DNA of 64,000 bases from Balanoglossus misakiensis (lineage: Eukaryota; Animalia; Hemichordata), in NCBI GenBank assembly GCA_040954595.2, contig CM082576.2, positions 15,981,028 to 16,045,027 of the forward strand, read 5' to 3'. The notes under the pieces are model-generated. The model saw only the letters and a list, made by a program, of their open reading frames with translations. It made no database searches and had not been told where the DNA came from. The position numbers and the translations under genes are program-made. Of the stretch, positions 35,670 through 49,182 are shown one piece after another (the stretch's first letter is position 1; each line of letters begins with the position of its first letter).

Positions 35670-38159
35670 GGTTTATTTAAAAAAAGCATGAAAGTTTAAA
35701 AACAAATTGCGTGCGAAGTCTGATTGTGTGTACGTGACTGTGCAGTGAAGCAATGCATTGTAGAGACAATATGTGTACGCTCCCTTTGGAATTCAACTTG
35801 CTACAATGTTTGACTTCTGTACTGGCCAGCGATAAAGAAAGTTGTCAAACCAAGAAATCAAAACCGGACACTCAATTAATTTTCCCTGTATGTCGGTATC
35901 GAAGTTTGACCTATGTGTTGTTCATACATGCTTGCTTGGTAATACATACGTGTCAACGATTCTGCTGAGTATGGCAGTTAATAGTGGTTGGCTGAACTGG
36001 GGTTCGGGGAGGTTGAGTTTCAACGAATGGCGTTGCTGACAGTTTTCATGCAAGCTGATTAACCGAGTTCGCAATTTCTGGCAAATCTCCAGACTGATAA
36101 CACAATATAAACAGGGGCTTGATCCTCAGCGCTGTTTTTATTTGACGACTTTAGTTTCTGAAGAATGCCTCCTATGAGGACCCTGACCTCTATACTGACA
36201 TTATTGATTTTTTTATCGACGGGCAGATTGCGCACAGGAAAAACACAACAAAATGTCCAACCTTCCCTGGCCATGTAAACATGAAATAATACAATCAATA
36301 CACCTGATCTTGTGCTGTTTTATACGCGCCCAGTAACAACCTCAACACCAGTCACAATTCGCTTCCTCGAAACACAATGTCTCCTTGCAGTTTTTTTACT
36401 GATCAGTTATCTAATGTACTAGTCAAGAAAAAGGTCACCTGAGGTCATACAAAATTGTGGCAAGAAATTTTGACTCTATACTGGTCCATGTTCAACAAAA
36501 ACCAAACCTATAGCCCTATTGGTTAGCCTGGAATTAGGTATGCACATAATTAATGAGATATGCAGGTGTCACAGGTGACCCCCATTTTGGCTTTTCAATT
36601 TTAGTCCCAACCCTCCAAACGCCAAGTCTGTACCTGCTCTGGATGCCAAGATATGGTAAAGTAGGTCAAAGGTCACCTGAGGTCATACAAAATTTGGGCG
36701 AGAAATTTTGACCCTATACTGGTCCATGTTCAACAAAAAGCAAACCTATAGCCCTATTGGTTAGCCAGGAATTAGGTATGCACATATTTAATGAGATATG
36801 CAGGTGTCACAGGTGACCCCCATTTTGGCTTTTCAGTTTTAGTCCCAACCCTCCAAACGCCAAGTCTGTACCTGCTCTGGATGCCGAGATATAGGAAAGT
36901 AGGTCAAAGGTCACCTGAGGTCACCCAAAATGTGGGCAAAATTTTTTGACCCTATACTGGGCCATGTCCCACAAGAACGAAACCTCTAGCCCTCTTAGTT
37001 AGCCCAGAATTAGGTATGTACATAATTAATGAGTTAAGCAGGTGTTACAGGTGAGCTTAAAATTTTGCCTTTTATTTTGGTGCCATTATGCTCACTGACC
37101 TATAGACAGTCACTGTACAGGACTATTACACAGACTAGAATTCCACAATAAGATGTGGACATAGCTTAACCATAGAGGTATAAGTAAAGGTATAAATTTA
37201 ATAAAAAAATTAATATAAAAAAATCTATCGATTTTTCATATTATTTTTTTTCGCATAAAATTATTGACAAATGCTAGGCTAGCTGCACACCAAAGTTGGA
37301 GATGATCGGCCGAACAGATTTTGAGATATGTATGCATATTTATCGAAAATAATATGTGGTCATAGCTTTACTATGTAAAGTATAGGCCCATGGCTTCGGC
37401 GAAAAATATGAAAAATAATACTTAAAAATCTTCTTCTCAAAATTGACATGGCCTATGGCCTTGACATTTGGCATGTAGGACACTGACCACATGGTCCGCG
37501 AAAATCGCTAAAAGAATTTAGATATCTCCATTAATATGCAAATTAGGCCCTTTTGAAAACTTTGCCCATATATGGTCATCAGGTCACGTGACTAATTAAA
37601 CATTCACAAGGGTACTGCACTAGCTCTCATTGGCCTGCACCATTGTGCCAAGTTTGAAATCTGTAGGTTTAGAGAAGAAGAAGAAGTAGAAGAAAAACCA
37701 GGATAATAACAATAGGGCCCAAGCGCTGCATGCGCTTGGGCCCTAAAAAACCAGGATAATAACAATAGGGCCCAAGCGCTGCATGCGCTTGGGCCCTAAA
37801 AAGATGAAAAACCCCAGTAACACCAATAGGGCACAAGCCTGCTTGGCTTGTGCCCTAAAAAAAAAGATGAAAAACCCCAGTAATACCAATAGGGCACAAG
37901 CCTGCTTGGCTTGTGCCCTAAATAATAATAATAAAGAAAAATTCCAACAATACCAATAGGGGCACAAGCCCGATAGGCTTGTGCCCCTAAATACCCGAAA
38001 GTCGATGTACGTCAATAACAGGCCGATAACATCCAAGAGCGAACTTCGACAAATACTTCCGCATTTCCATGCCAGGGACGTCACTATATGCAAATACAGG
38101 GTCTGAGCATGCGCAGACATATTGTAGGCAGTCTCTAAATTTGGAGGTTTGTCCTACTG

Positions 38160-39895
38160 TTCAAACGTTGAACAAGAAAATTCCAGTCACTGTGGTAGTT
38201 CATGTTAAATAGTTAATTTGTGACCGATAATAAACTGAGTATACAGACGCCATGGAAAGAAATGGAAGTTGAACTTCCACATTGTCCACCCGCATGACAA
38301 AGTATAGCTCTGTGTACATAACAGGTCTGTGTGTTCCCGGCGTTACACCGTGTAACGCCGGGAACACACAGACCTGTACGCAGGGTTAGACAACGCTGAA
38401 CTCAAAACAATCAACATTACTGAACTTTAAATCGTATCATGACTGCCGATGTTTCAGATTATTCATCTACTATTATATAGCCAGTTTCCGTCAAATATTT
38501 TGCTGTACATGTATCTTGGGGCAAGTGATTTCCCTGACGGCATCATATACAGCGACAGACAGGTTGGCATGAAGGAGTCTTTCACTTTACTGACAGTGTT
38601 CGACGGGGTTCAGATAGAGAGAATATGCCTCGGTCATCCAACTTGAACTTTTTGCTGACAGATGCTAAAGTACCCCATGGAATATATCCTGTATTTTTGT
38701 CGGCTCCATTTTCTTCAAGTTCAGACAAAAAAAGTGTTCGCAGATCTCTACTCAACGAATGTCCACGTTGAAATTGCCTACCTTTGATTGATGTATGAAA
38801 CATTTTGGCGCTCTCACTCATCAGAATCGTTGACTGCAATCATGGACATGCTGCAATGGAAGAAACCAAACCAGCAGAGAGAGCCATACCCATCGTTTTT
38901 CTTTCATTGAAACGTTCAATATTACGCGAGTAATCATGGTCGCCTATTATTTGGTGAATTTTTGGAAAATATTGACTAGTTCTCCAAATTTTGCAAACTC
39001 TTCCGACAAGATGAGTAAGAAATGCAAGTGTGAGAATGTACGTTGAAACTTGAAAGTTGGCCGCGACGTAAACAGTACCTGCAATTTCCCGCAAAATGAA
39101 CACACCCAGAGCAAGTTCGGTTGATGTTGAAGACTTTCTTTGAAATATTGATCCAATGCTTGAACAATTTGCCAGTGATTTTCGTCGGTTGGATTTTGTG
39201 AACACAACTCATATGAAATTTCTGAAACCAAGAGATCTGGAGAAGTTCACGTGCAAAGTTAGTGATGTTCACCGGAGAATGTTGCTGAACGCCGTTGCAA
39301 AACTACAAACACCCAGTTCAAAACTGGGTTTGCGGGATGAATAAAGCCCAAAGGCGCACGAAGGACTTTAAGAAACAAGGTGACATCGTGATTGCTGACA
39401 ATGCTCCGATACATCACCACGAAGGCGAACTGATTCTCTCAAACTGGTTGGAAACTCTTGGAATGGAATACACTTTCACTCCGGCATATTCTCCCGATCT
39501 GAACCCCGTCGAATACTGTTTCGGTAAAGTGAAAAAACTCTTGAAAGCTGAACGATTTCGCGGTCTCCTTCATGCCAAACTGTCTGTCGCTGTATATGAT
39601 GACGTCAGGGAAATCACTTGCTAAGATACAGCAAAATATTTGACGGAAACACTGGCTATATAATAGTAGATGAATAATCTGAAACACCGGCAGTCATGAT
39701 ACGATTTAAAGTTCAGTCATGTTGATTGTTTTGAGTTCAGCGTTTGGAAAGCGTTGTACTTTGTCATGCGGGTGGACAATGTGGAAGGTCAACTTCCATT
39801 TCATTTCATGGCGTCGGTATACTCAGTTTATTATCGGTCACAACTCAACTGTTTAACATGAACTACCACTGGAATTTTCTTGTTCGACGTTTGAA
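38160..39895. mobile_element. DD37E Tc1/mariner foldback derivative, unit 3
   Basis: Copy of 29708-31443 at +8452. Confidence 0.7.
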
Positions 39896-42385
39896 GGTTT
39901 ATTTAAAAAAAGCATGAAAGTTTAAAAACAAATTGCGTGCGAAGTCTGATTGTGTGTACGTGACTGTGCAGTGAAGCAATGCATTGTAGAGACAATATGT
40001 GTACGCTCCCTTTGGAATTCAACTTGCTACAATGTTTGACTTCTGTACTGGCCAGCGATAAAGAAAGTTGTCAAACCAAGAAATCAAAACCGGACACTCA
40101 ATTAATTTTCCCTGTATGTCGGTATCGAAGTTTGACCTATGTGTTGTTCATACATGCTTGCTTGGTAATACATACGTGTCAACGATTCTGCTGAGTATGG
40201 CAGTTAATAGTGGTTGGCTGAACTGGGGTTCGGGGAGGTTGAGTTTCAACGAATGGCGTTGCTGACAGTTTTCATGCAAGCTGATTAACCGAGTTCGCAA
40301 TTTCTGGCAAATCTCCAGACTGATAACACAATATAAACAGGGGCTTGATCCTCAGCGCTGTTTTTATTTGACGACTTTAGTTTCTGAAGAATGCCTCCTA
40401 TGAGGACCCTGACCTCTATACTGACATTATTGATTTTTTTATCGACGGGCAGATTGCGCACAGGAAAAACACAACAAAATGTCCAACCTTCCCTGGCCAT
40501 GTAAACATGAAATAATACAATCAATACACCTGATCTTGTGCTGTTTTATACGCGCCCAGTAACAACCTCAACACCAGTCACAATTCGCTTCCTCGAAACA
40601 CAATGTCTCCTTGCAGTTTTTTTACTGATCAGTTATCTAATGTACTAGTCAAGAAAAAGGTCACCTGAGGTCATACAAAATTGTGGCAAGAAATTTTGAC
40701 TCTATACTGGTCCATGTTCAACAAAAACCAAACCTATAGCCCTATTGGTTAGCCTGGAATTAGGTATGCACATAATTAATGAGATATGCAGGTGTCACAG
40801 GTGACCCCCATTTTGGCTTTTCAATTTTAGTCCCAACCCTCCAAACGCCAAGTCTGTACCTGCTCTGGATGCCAAGATATGGTAAAGTAGGTCAAAGGTC
40901 ACCTGAGGTCATACAAAATTTGGGCGAGAAATTTTGACCCTATACTGGTCCATGTTCAACAAAAAGCAAACCTATAGCCCTATTGGTTAGCCAGGAATTA
41001 GGTATGCACATATTTAATGAGATATGCAGGTGTCACAGGTGACCCCCATTTTGGCTTTTCAGTTTTAGTCCCAACCCTCCAAACGCCAAGTCTGTACCTG
41101 CTCTGGATGCCGAGATATAGGAAAGTAGGTCAAAGGTCACCTGAGGTCACCCAAAATGTGGGCAAAATTTTTTGACCCTATACTGGGCCATGTCCCACAA
41201 GAACGAAACCTCTAGCCCTCTTAGTTAGCCCAGAATTAGGTATGTACATAATTAATGAGTTAAGCAGGTGTTACAGGTGAGCTTAAAATTTTGCCTTTTA
41301 TTTTGGTGCCATTATGCTCACTGACCTATAGACAGTCACTGTACAGGACTATTACACAGACTAGAATTCCACAATAAGATGTGGACATAGCTTAACCATA
41401 GAAGTATAAGTAAAGGTATAAATTTAATAAAAAAATTAATATAAAAAAATCTATCGATTTTTCATATTATTTTTTTTCGCATAAAATTATTGACAAATGC
41501 TAGGCTAGCTGCACACCAAAGTTGGAGATGATCGGCCGAACAGATTTTGAGATATGTATGCATATTTATCGAAAATAATATGTGGTCATAGCTTTACTAT
41601 GTAAAGTATAGGCCCATGGCTTCGGCGAAAAATATGAAAAATAATACTTAAAAATCTTCTTCTCAAAATTGACATGGCATATGGCCTTGACATTTGGCAT
41701 GTAGGACACTGACCACATGGTCCGCGAAAATCGCTAAAAGAATTTAGATATCTCCATTAATATGCAAATTAGGCCCTTTTGAAAACTTTGCCCATATATG
41801 GTCATCAGGTCACGTGACTAATTAAACATTCACAAGGGTACTGCACTAGCTCTCATTGGCCTGCACCATTGTGCCAAGTTTGAAATCTGTAGGTTTAGAG
41901 AAGAAGAAGAAGTAGAAGAAAAACCAGGATAATAACAATAGGGCCCAAGCGCTGCATGCGCTTGGGCCCTAAAAAACCAGGATAATAACAATAGGGCCCA
42001 AGCGCTGCATGCGCTTGGGCCCTAAAAAGATGAAAAACCCCAGTAACACCAATAGGGCACAAGCCTGCTTGGCTTGTGCCCTAAAAAAAAAGATGAAAAA
42101 CCCCAGTAATACCAATAGGGCACAAGCCTGCTTGGCTTGTGCCCTAAATAATAATAATAAAGAAAAATTCCAACAATACCAATAGGGGCACAAGCCCGAT
42201 AGGCTTGTGCCCCTAAATACCCGAAAGTCGATGTACGTCAATAACAGGCCGATAACATCCAAGAGCGAACTTCGACAAATACTTCCGCATTTCCATGCCA
42301 GGGACGTCACTATATGCAAATACAGGGTCTGAGCATGCGCAGACATATTGTAGGCAGTCTCTAAATTTGGAGGTTTGTCCTACTG

Positions 42386-44121
42386 TTCAAACGTTGAACA
42401 AGAAAATTCCAGTCACTGTGGTAGTTCATGTTAAATAGTTAATTTGTGACCGATAATAAACTGAGTATACAGACGCCATGGAAAGAAATGGAAGTTGAAC
42501 TTCCACATTGTCCACCCGCATGACAAAGTATAGCTCTGTGTACATAACAGGTCTGTGTGTTCCCGGCGTTACACCGTGTAACGCCGGGAACACACAGACC
42601 TGTACGCAGGGTTAGACAACGCTGAACTCAAAACAATCAACATTACTGAACTTTAAATCGTATCATGACTGCCGATGTTTCAGATTATTCATCTACTATT
42701 ATATAGCCAGTTTCCGTCAAATATTTTGCTGTACATGTATCTTGGGGCAAGTGATTTCCCTGACGGCATCATATACAGCGACAGACAGGTTGGCATGAAG
42801 GAGTCTTTCACTTTACTGACAGTGTTCGACGGGGTTCAGATAGAGAGAATATGCCTCGGTCATCCAACTTGAACTTTTTGCTGACAGATGCTAAAGTACC
42901 CCATGGAATATATCCTGTATTTTTGTCGGCTCCATTTTCTTCAAGTTCAGACAAAAAAAGTGTTCGCAGATCTCTACTCAACGAATGTCCACGTTGAAAT
43001 TGCCTACCTTTGATTGATGTATGAAACATTTTGGCGCTCTCACTCATCAGAATCGTTGACTGCAATCATGGACATGCTGCAATGGAAGAAACCAAACCAG
43101 CAGAGAGAGCCATACCCATCGTTTTTCTTTCATTGAAACGTTCAATATTACGCGAGTAATCATGGTCGCCTATTATTTGGTGAATTTTTGGAAAATATTG
43201 ACTAGTTCTCCAAATTTTGCAAACTCTTCCGACAAGATGAGTAAGAAATGCAAGTGTGAGAATGTACGTTGAAACTTGAAAGTTGGCCGCGACGTAAACA
43301 GTACCTGCAATTTCCCGCAAAATGAACACACCCAGAGCAAGTTCGGTTGATGTTGAAGACTTTCTTTGAAATATTGATCCAATGCTTGAACAATTTGCCA
43401 GTGATTTTCGTCGGTTGGATTTTGTGAACACAACTCATATGAAATTTCTGAAACCAAGAGATCTGGAGAAGTTCACGTGCAAAGTTAGTGATGTTCACCG
43501 GAGAATGTTGCTGAACGCCGTTGCAAAACTACAAACACCCAGTTCAAAACTGGGTTTGCGGGATGAATAAAGCCCAAAGGCGCACGAAGGACTTTAAGAA
43601 ACAAGGTGACATCGTGATTGCTGACAATGCTCCGATACATCACCACGAAGGCGAACTGATTCTCTCAAACTGGTTGGAAACTCTTGGAATGGAATACACT
43701 TTCACTCCGGCATATTCTCCCGATCTGAACCCCGTCGAATACTGTTTCGGTAAAGTGAAAAAACTCTTGAAAGCTGAACGATTTCGCGGTCTCCTTCATG
43801 CCAAACTGTCTGTCGCTGTATATGATGACGTCAGGGAAATCACTTGCTAAGATACAGCAAAATATTTGACGGAAACACTGGCTATATAATAGTAGATGAA
43901 TAATCTGAAACACCGGCAGTCATGATACGATTTAAAGTTCAGTCATGTTGATTGTTTTGAGTTCAGCGTTTGGAAAGCGTTGTACTTTGTCATGCGGGTG
44001 GACAATGTGGAAGGTCAACTTCCATTTCATTTCATGGCGTCGGTATACTCAGTTTATTATCGGTCACAACTCAACTGTTTAACATGAACTACCACTGGAA
44101 TTTTCTTGTTCGACGTTTGAA
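42386..44121. mobile_element. DD37E Tc1/mariner foldback derivative, unit 4
   Basis: Copy of 29708-31443 at +12678. Confidence 0.7.
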
Positions 44122-44875
44122 GGTTTATTTAAAAAAAGCATGAAAGTTTAAAAACAAATTGCGTGCGAAGTCTGATTGTGTGTACGTGACTGTGCAGTGA
44201 AGCAATGCATTGTAGAGACAATATGTGTACGCTCCCTTTGGAATTCAACTTGCTACAATGTTTGACTTCTGTACTGGCCAGCGATAAAGAAAGTTGTCAA
44301 ACCAAGAAATCAAAACCGGACACTCAATTAATTTTCCCTGTATGTCGGTATCGAAGTTTGACCTATGTGTTGTTCATACATGCTTGCTTGGTAATACATA
44401 CGTGTCAACGATTCTGCTGAGTATGGCAGTTAATAGTGGTTGGCTGAACTGGGGTTCGGGGAGGTTGAGTTTCAACGAATGGCGTTGCTGACAGTTTTCA
44501 TGCAAGCTGATTAACCGAGTTCGCAATTTCTGGCAAATCTCCAGACTGATAACACAATATAAACAGGGGCTTGATCCTCAGTGCTGTTTTTATTTGACGA
44601 CTTTAGTTTCTGAAGAATGCCTCCTATGAGGACCCTGACCTCTATACTGACATTATTGATTTTTTTATCGACGGGCAGATTGCGCACAGGAAAAACACAA
44701 CAAAATGTCCAACCTTCCCTGGCCATGTAAACATGAAATAATACAATCAATACACCTGATCTTGTGCTGTTTTATACGCGCCCAGTAACAACCTCAACAC
44801 CAGTCACAATTCGCTTCCTCGAAACACAATGTCTCCTTGCAGTTTTTTTACTGATCAGTTATCTAATGTACTAGT

Positions 44876-47800
44876 CAAGAAAAATTAGCCAGTGACAGAC
44901 AATTTGAACTTGAAAAATTGAAATGGTTAAAAAGCGAACCTGTAGAACAGAAGTTTAGTCTAAAATCACCCTCTCGCACTACAGCCAGAATGCCAAAATT
45001 ACCTGAATTTAATGATGGGAAGGATGATCTGGATGCATATCTGATACGGTTTGAATTGTTTGCCAAAAGTCAAGGTTGGGATGAGAATATGGGCTATGTG
45101 TCTGAGCGCCTTACTGACTGGGAAGGCATTGTCTGTTTATGCGAGTTTGTCAAGTGATGATGCGAGTCAGTATGAGAAAGTGAAAGAAGCGCTGTTGAAA
45201 CGTTACGATTTAAACGAAGAGGGGTTTAAACGAAAATTTAGGACATCAAAGCAACAAGCAAATGAAACCGCATCTCAGTTTGTGGCCAGAATTGAGAACT
45301 ATTTCAAAAGGTGGGTTGATTTGGCAAAAATTACAAAATCATTTGAGGGGCTCCAAGACCTTATTTTGAGAGAGCAATTTTTAAATACCTGTGCATCTGA
45401 TCTAGCACTCTTCTTACATGAAAGAGCACCGTCTAATATTCAAGAAATGACTACACTAGCAGATAGGCACAGGGAGGCTAGACAAGCCACTTTGGGGAAA
45501 CGTAGTCAGGCACCCCCTTTACATAGTAACTCTCCAAGCTCAAAGGTAACTATTAAACCTTTTCAAGAATCTAGTGATAAACGAAGTTTGCCAAGGAAAT
45601 GTTTTAGGTGTGGTCAAGTGGGACATTTGATAGCCCAATGCAGAAATCCTGTATCTAATCGCCCAACGATAAAGTCAGCCGCACTACAAATTGCACAGAA
45701 TAAAGAAACTGGGTCCAAACAATCAGAAAATTCAGCCAAGCATGTGTCAGCGACTTGCATATTTTCAAAAGAATCAAAAAGTGATAGGCATCCATGTTTG
45801 ACAGAAGTAAAGGATAGGGTAATGTTAGAATGCGGACATGAGCTGCCGATAATTAGCGTTGCTAGCATTTCACGCCCTTGTAATTCCATTCACGGTATGC
45901 CAGTAGTTGAAGGGGTCATTAACGATAAGAAAATTCACGTTTTGAGAGATAGTGGGTGTAGTGGTGTTGTGGTTAGACGTAATCTAGTGGAGTCGTCTCA
46001 GCTAATCGGGGAAGTTCATACACGCGTTATGATAGATGGAACCTGTAGGCGAGCCCCAGTAGCTAGAGTGAATATTAACACACCCTATTATCATGGTGAA
46101 GTTGATGCATTGTGTATGCAAACACTGTGTATGATGTAATCATAGGTAACATTGATGGAGCTAGAGAGCCTGGGAATCCCAATCCTAATTGGAACAAGAA
46201 TGAGGTGAATCTTGTAGATAGTCCTAAAGATAAAGAGGGAGACCCCAAAGATAATTTTGAAGTAGTGCAAAGTGTGCAGACTAGGAGTCAAAAGTTAAGA
46301 GAGGGAAGGCCAGGGCATCCTATGATTGTACCAAAGTGTGGGAAAGAAGTTACAGTAGAAGTGCTCAGAGAAGCACAGCAGACTGATGACAGTTTGAAAC
46401 AAGTTCGTAGCTTAGTGAAGTCAGGTAAAGAAAGACTAAGTGGGTTAGGTAATGTGTCTCGTTTCATTACGAAAAATGGACTGATTTACAGGGAATTTCA
46501 GTCACCTAAAATAGAGCAGGGACGAGTATTTACCCAGTTAGTAGTTCCTGTACAGTAACGTACGGAGGTGATGAAGCTTGGACATGATTCAGTGCTCGCA
46601 GGTCACCTAGGTGCAAAGAAAACTACTGATAAGGTCCTTACACAATTTTATTGGCCCTCCATACACGATGACATATCTCGATATTGCCGTTCATGTGATG
46701 TATGTCAGAGGACAAGTCCCAAGGGAAAGGTGGGTAAAGTACCACTGGGAAGAATGCCATTACTCGATACTCCTTTTAAGAGGGTGGCAGTAGACATAAT
46801 AGGCCCAATAGATCCTGTTACAGATAAGGGTAATCGCTATATACTCACGGTAGTAGATTACGCAACCCGTTACCTAGAGGCAGTGCCCCTGAAGAGAATT
46901 ACAACTGAGGCAGTAGCAGAAGCGTTAGTGGGGATATATAGTCGGGTAGGGGTACCAGAGCAGATATTGTCGGACATGGGTAAACAATTTGTATCTGATC
47001 TCATGAAGGAAGTTAACAGATTGCTTTCAATTAAACAGTTAACTACCACTCCATACCACCCAGCATGCAATGGGTTAGTAGAACGTTTCAATGGCACCCT
47101 GAAATCTATGCTCAGGAAAATGAGTACTGAAAGACCCAAAGATTGGGATCGGTATGTGGATCCACTGCTATTTGCATATCGTGAAGCCCCACAGGAAAGT
47201 TTAGGGTTTTCGCCATTTGAACTTTTGTACAGTATGGTCGTACGGTTAGGGGACCTATGGCCATACTCAGACAACTGTGGACGGGGGAAGACACCCAATC
47301 TGATATCAAATCCACATATGAGTACGTTCTTGACCTCAAAGATAGATTGGAGGAGACATGTGAATTGGCCCGTAAGGAATTGGAAAAGTCGCAATCAAGG
47401 TACAAATTGCATTTTGACAAGAAAACCAGTGATAGGACTTTCAAGGTTGGGGATAAGGTATTGCTTTTACTTCCTACAGAGCATGACAAATTAAAAATGC
47501 AATGGCAAGGCCCATACACTGTAAAAGAAAGGGTTGGTCTGATGGACTATCGACTGGAAGTTAAGACAAGGTTGAAATTATATCATGCTAATTTATTGAA
47601 GAAATATGAAGAACTTGGGGAGGAAAAGGATGAGCATGAGCCAATTAGTGGCGGTGTGATGGAATGTGTATGTATTGGGGTAATAGAAAGTGAAGAGGTG
47701 GATGAGGATGAATGTAATGAAAATAGTGATCAGGGACAGGGGAATGATTTGATAGAAACTACCTCATCGCTAGGGAAAGAAAGTATTGAGGATGTGCGTG

Positions 47801-49182
47801 TGAATGGAAATCTGAGTGCAGTACAAAACCAAGATGTGAGAAGAACTCTGAGACAATTTGCGCATACACTGACTGACATGCCTGGGAAATCAAAAGTAGG
47901 GGAACATGATATCAAGTTAATATCCAATGACCCGATTAGGTCTAAACCGTATCCACTGCCATTTGCATTACAAGACACTGTGTGTCAGGAAGTTGACAGT
48001 ATGCTAAAAATGGGTGTGATTGAACCATCAGATTCTCCATATGCATCCCCCATTGTCTTAATTACAAAAACAGATGGCACCGTTCGATTTTGTATCGACT
48101 TTAGAAAGTTGAACAAAGTCACCACCTTTGATGCAGAACCAATGCCAAACTCTGATGAGTTATTTACTAGATTAACCGAGAGCAAATACTTTACTAAGTT
48201 AGATCTTACCAAAGGGTATTGGCAAATCCCAATGGCAGAGGGGGCAAAGGACAAAACCGCCTTTCTCACCCCTAAAGGATTGTTTCAGTTTCGGTTTATG
48301 CCATTTGGTCTTGTCAATGCTCCGGCGACCTTCAGTCGTATTATGAGAATAGTTCTCAGAGGATTGCAAGGAAGGGTTGAAAATATAATAGAGATGACAT
48401 CTTAATACATAACCAGTCATATTGATACCATAACGGAAGTACTCAGAAGACTAGATGAAACAGGTTTAACTGCAAAGCCCAGTAAATGTTACATAAGATA
48501 TCAAAATTTGGAATTTGTGGGACATTTGGTTGGCCAGGGGTTATTGCAAATGCAGCCACAGAAAGTGGAGGCACTTCTTCATGCAGAAAAACCCCGTACA
48601 GTAAAGCAAGTTCGTTCGTTTCTGGGAATGGCCGGCTACTATAGAAAATTCATACCAAACTTTGCATCTATAGCAGCGCCACTCAGTGACCTCACTAGAA
48701 AGGGACAACCAAAAGTGGTTCACTGGGGTATGCCACAGGAGAAGGCCTTTACTGATTTGAAAAGGGCTCTGAGTAACTATCCGGTTCTAAGGCTGCCAGA
48801 TTTTTCAAAGCCTTTCATTTTAAGGGCTGATGCATCAGATAATGGACTGGGGGCAGTCGTCTTGCAAGAACATGAGAGCAACAAATTCCCAATAATTTAT
48901 GCAAGTAGAAAATTGCTTAAAAGGGAGACAGCATATTCAGTGATTGAAAAGGAATGTTTGGCAATTATCTGGGGTATTTGTAAATTCCAACAGTACCTTT
49001 ATGGGAAAGAGTTTGTGATTGAGACTGACCACCAGCCACTTATCTACTTAAGCCATGCCAAAGTATCAAATAGTCGGTTGATGCGTTGGGCTCTGTACTT
49101 GCAGTCCTTTCGCTACAGGATTGTTGCTATCAAAGGTACAGACAATGTTGAAGCTGACTACTTGAGCCGAAGCACAGGGTAA
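44876..49182 (+). mobile_element. Decayed Gmr1-like Ty3/Gypsy LTR-retrotransposon gag-pol (order gag-PR-IN-RT-RH); LTRs not found
   Basis: Gag/SCAN-like region (DDLDAYLIRFE..LQDLILREQFL) and CCHC knuckle CFRCGQVGHLIAQC; protease LRDSGCS; integrase GHLGAKKT..FYWP..CDVCQ..VAVDIIGP..ILSDMG..NGLVERFNGTLK; RT YASPIVL..RFCIDFRKLN..LDLTKGYWQIP..MPFGL; RNase H ADASDNGLGAV..EKECLAI..TDHQPL. Frameshifts near 45085, 46120, 47232 and 48390, and a stop at 46556. Confidence 0.93.

Larger units (their letters stand above)
27981..44884 (+). repeat. Tandem array of four 4226-bp units
   Basis: The ORF track repeats at offsets of exactly 4226. Units are 27981-32206, 32207-36432, 36433-40658 and 40659-44884. 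Junction GTCAAGAAAAA|GGTCACC. Few substitutions were seen outside the first ~300 bp of unit 1. Confidence 0.97.

Noticed and set aside
45614-48723. Minus-strand ORFs overlapping gag-pol
   Set aside because: These are antisense shadows of the retrotransposon coding sequence.
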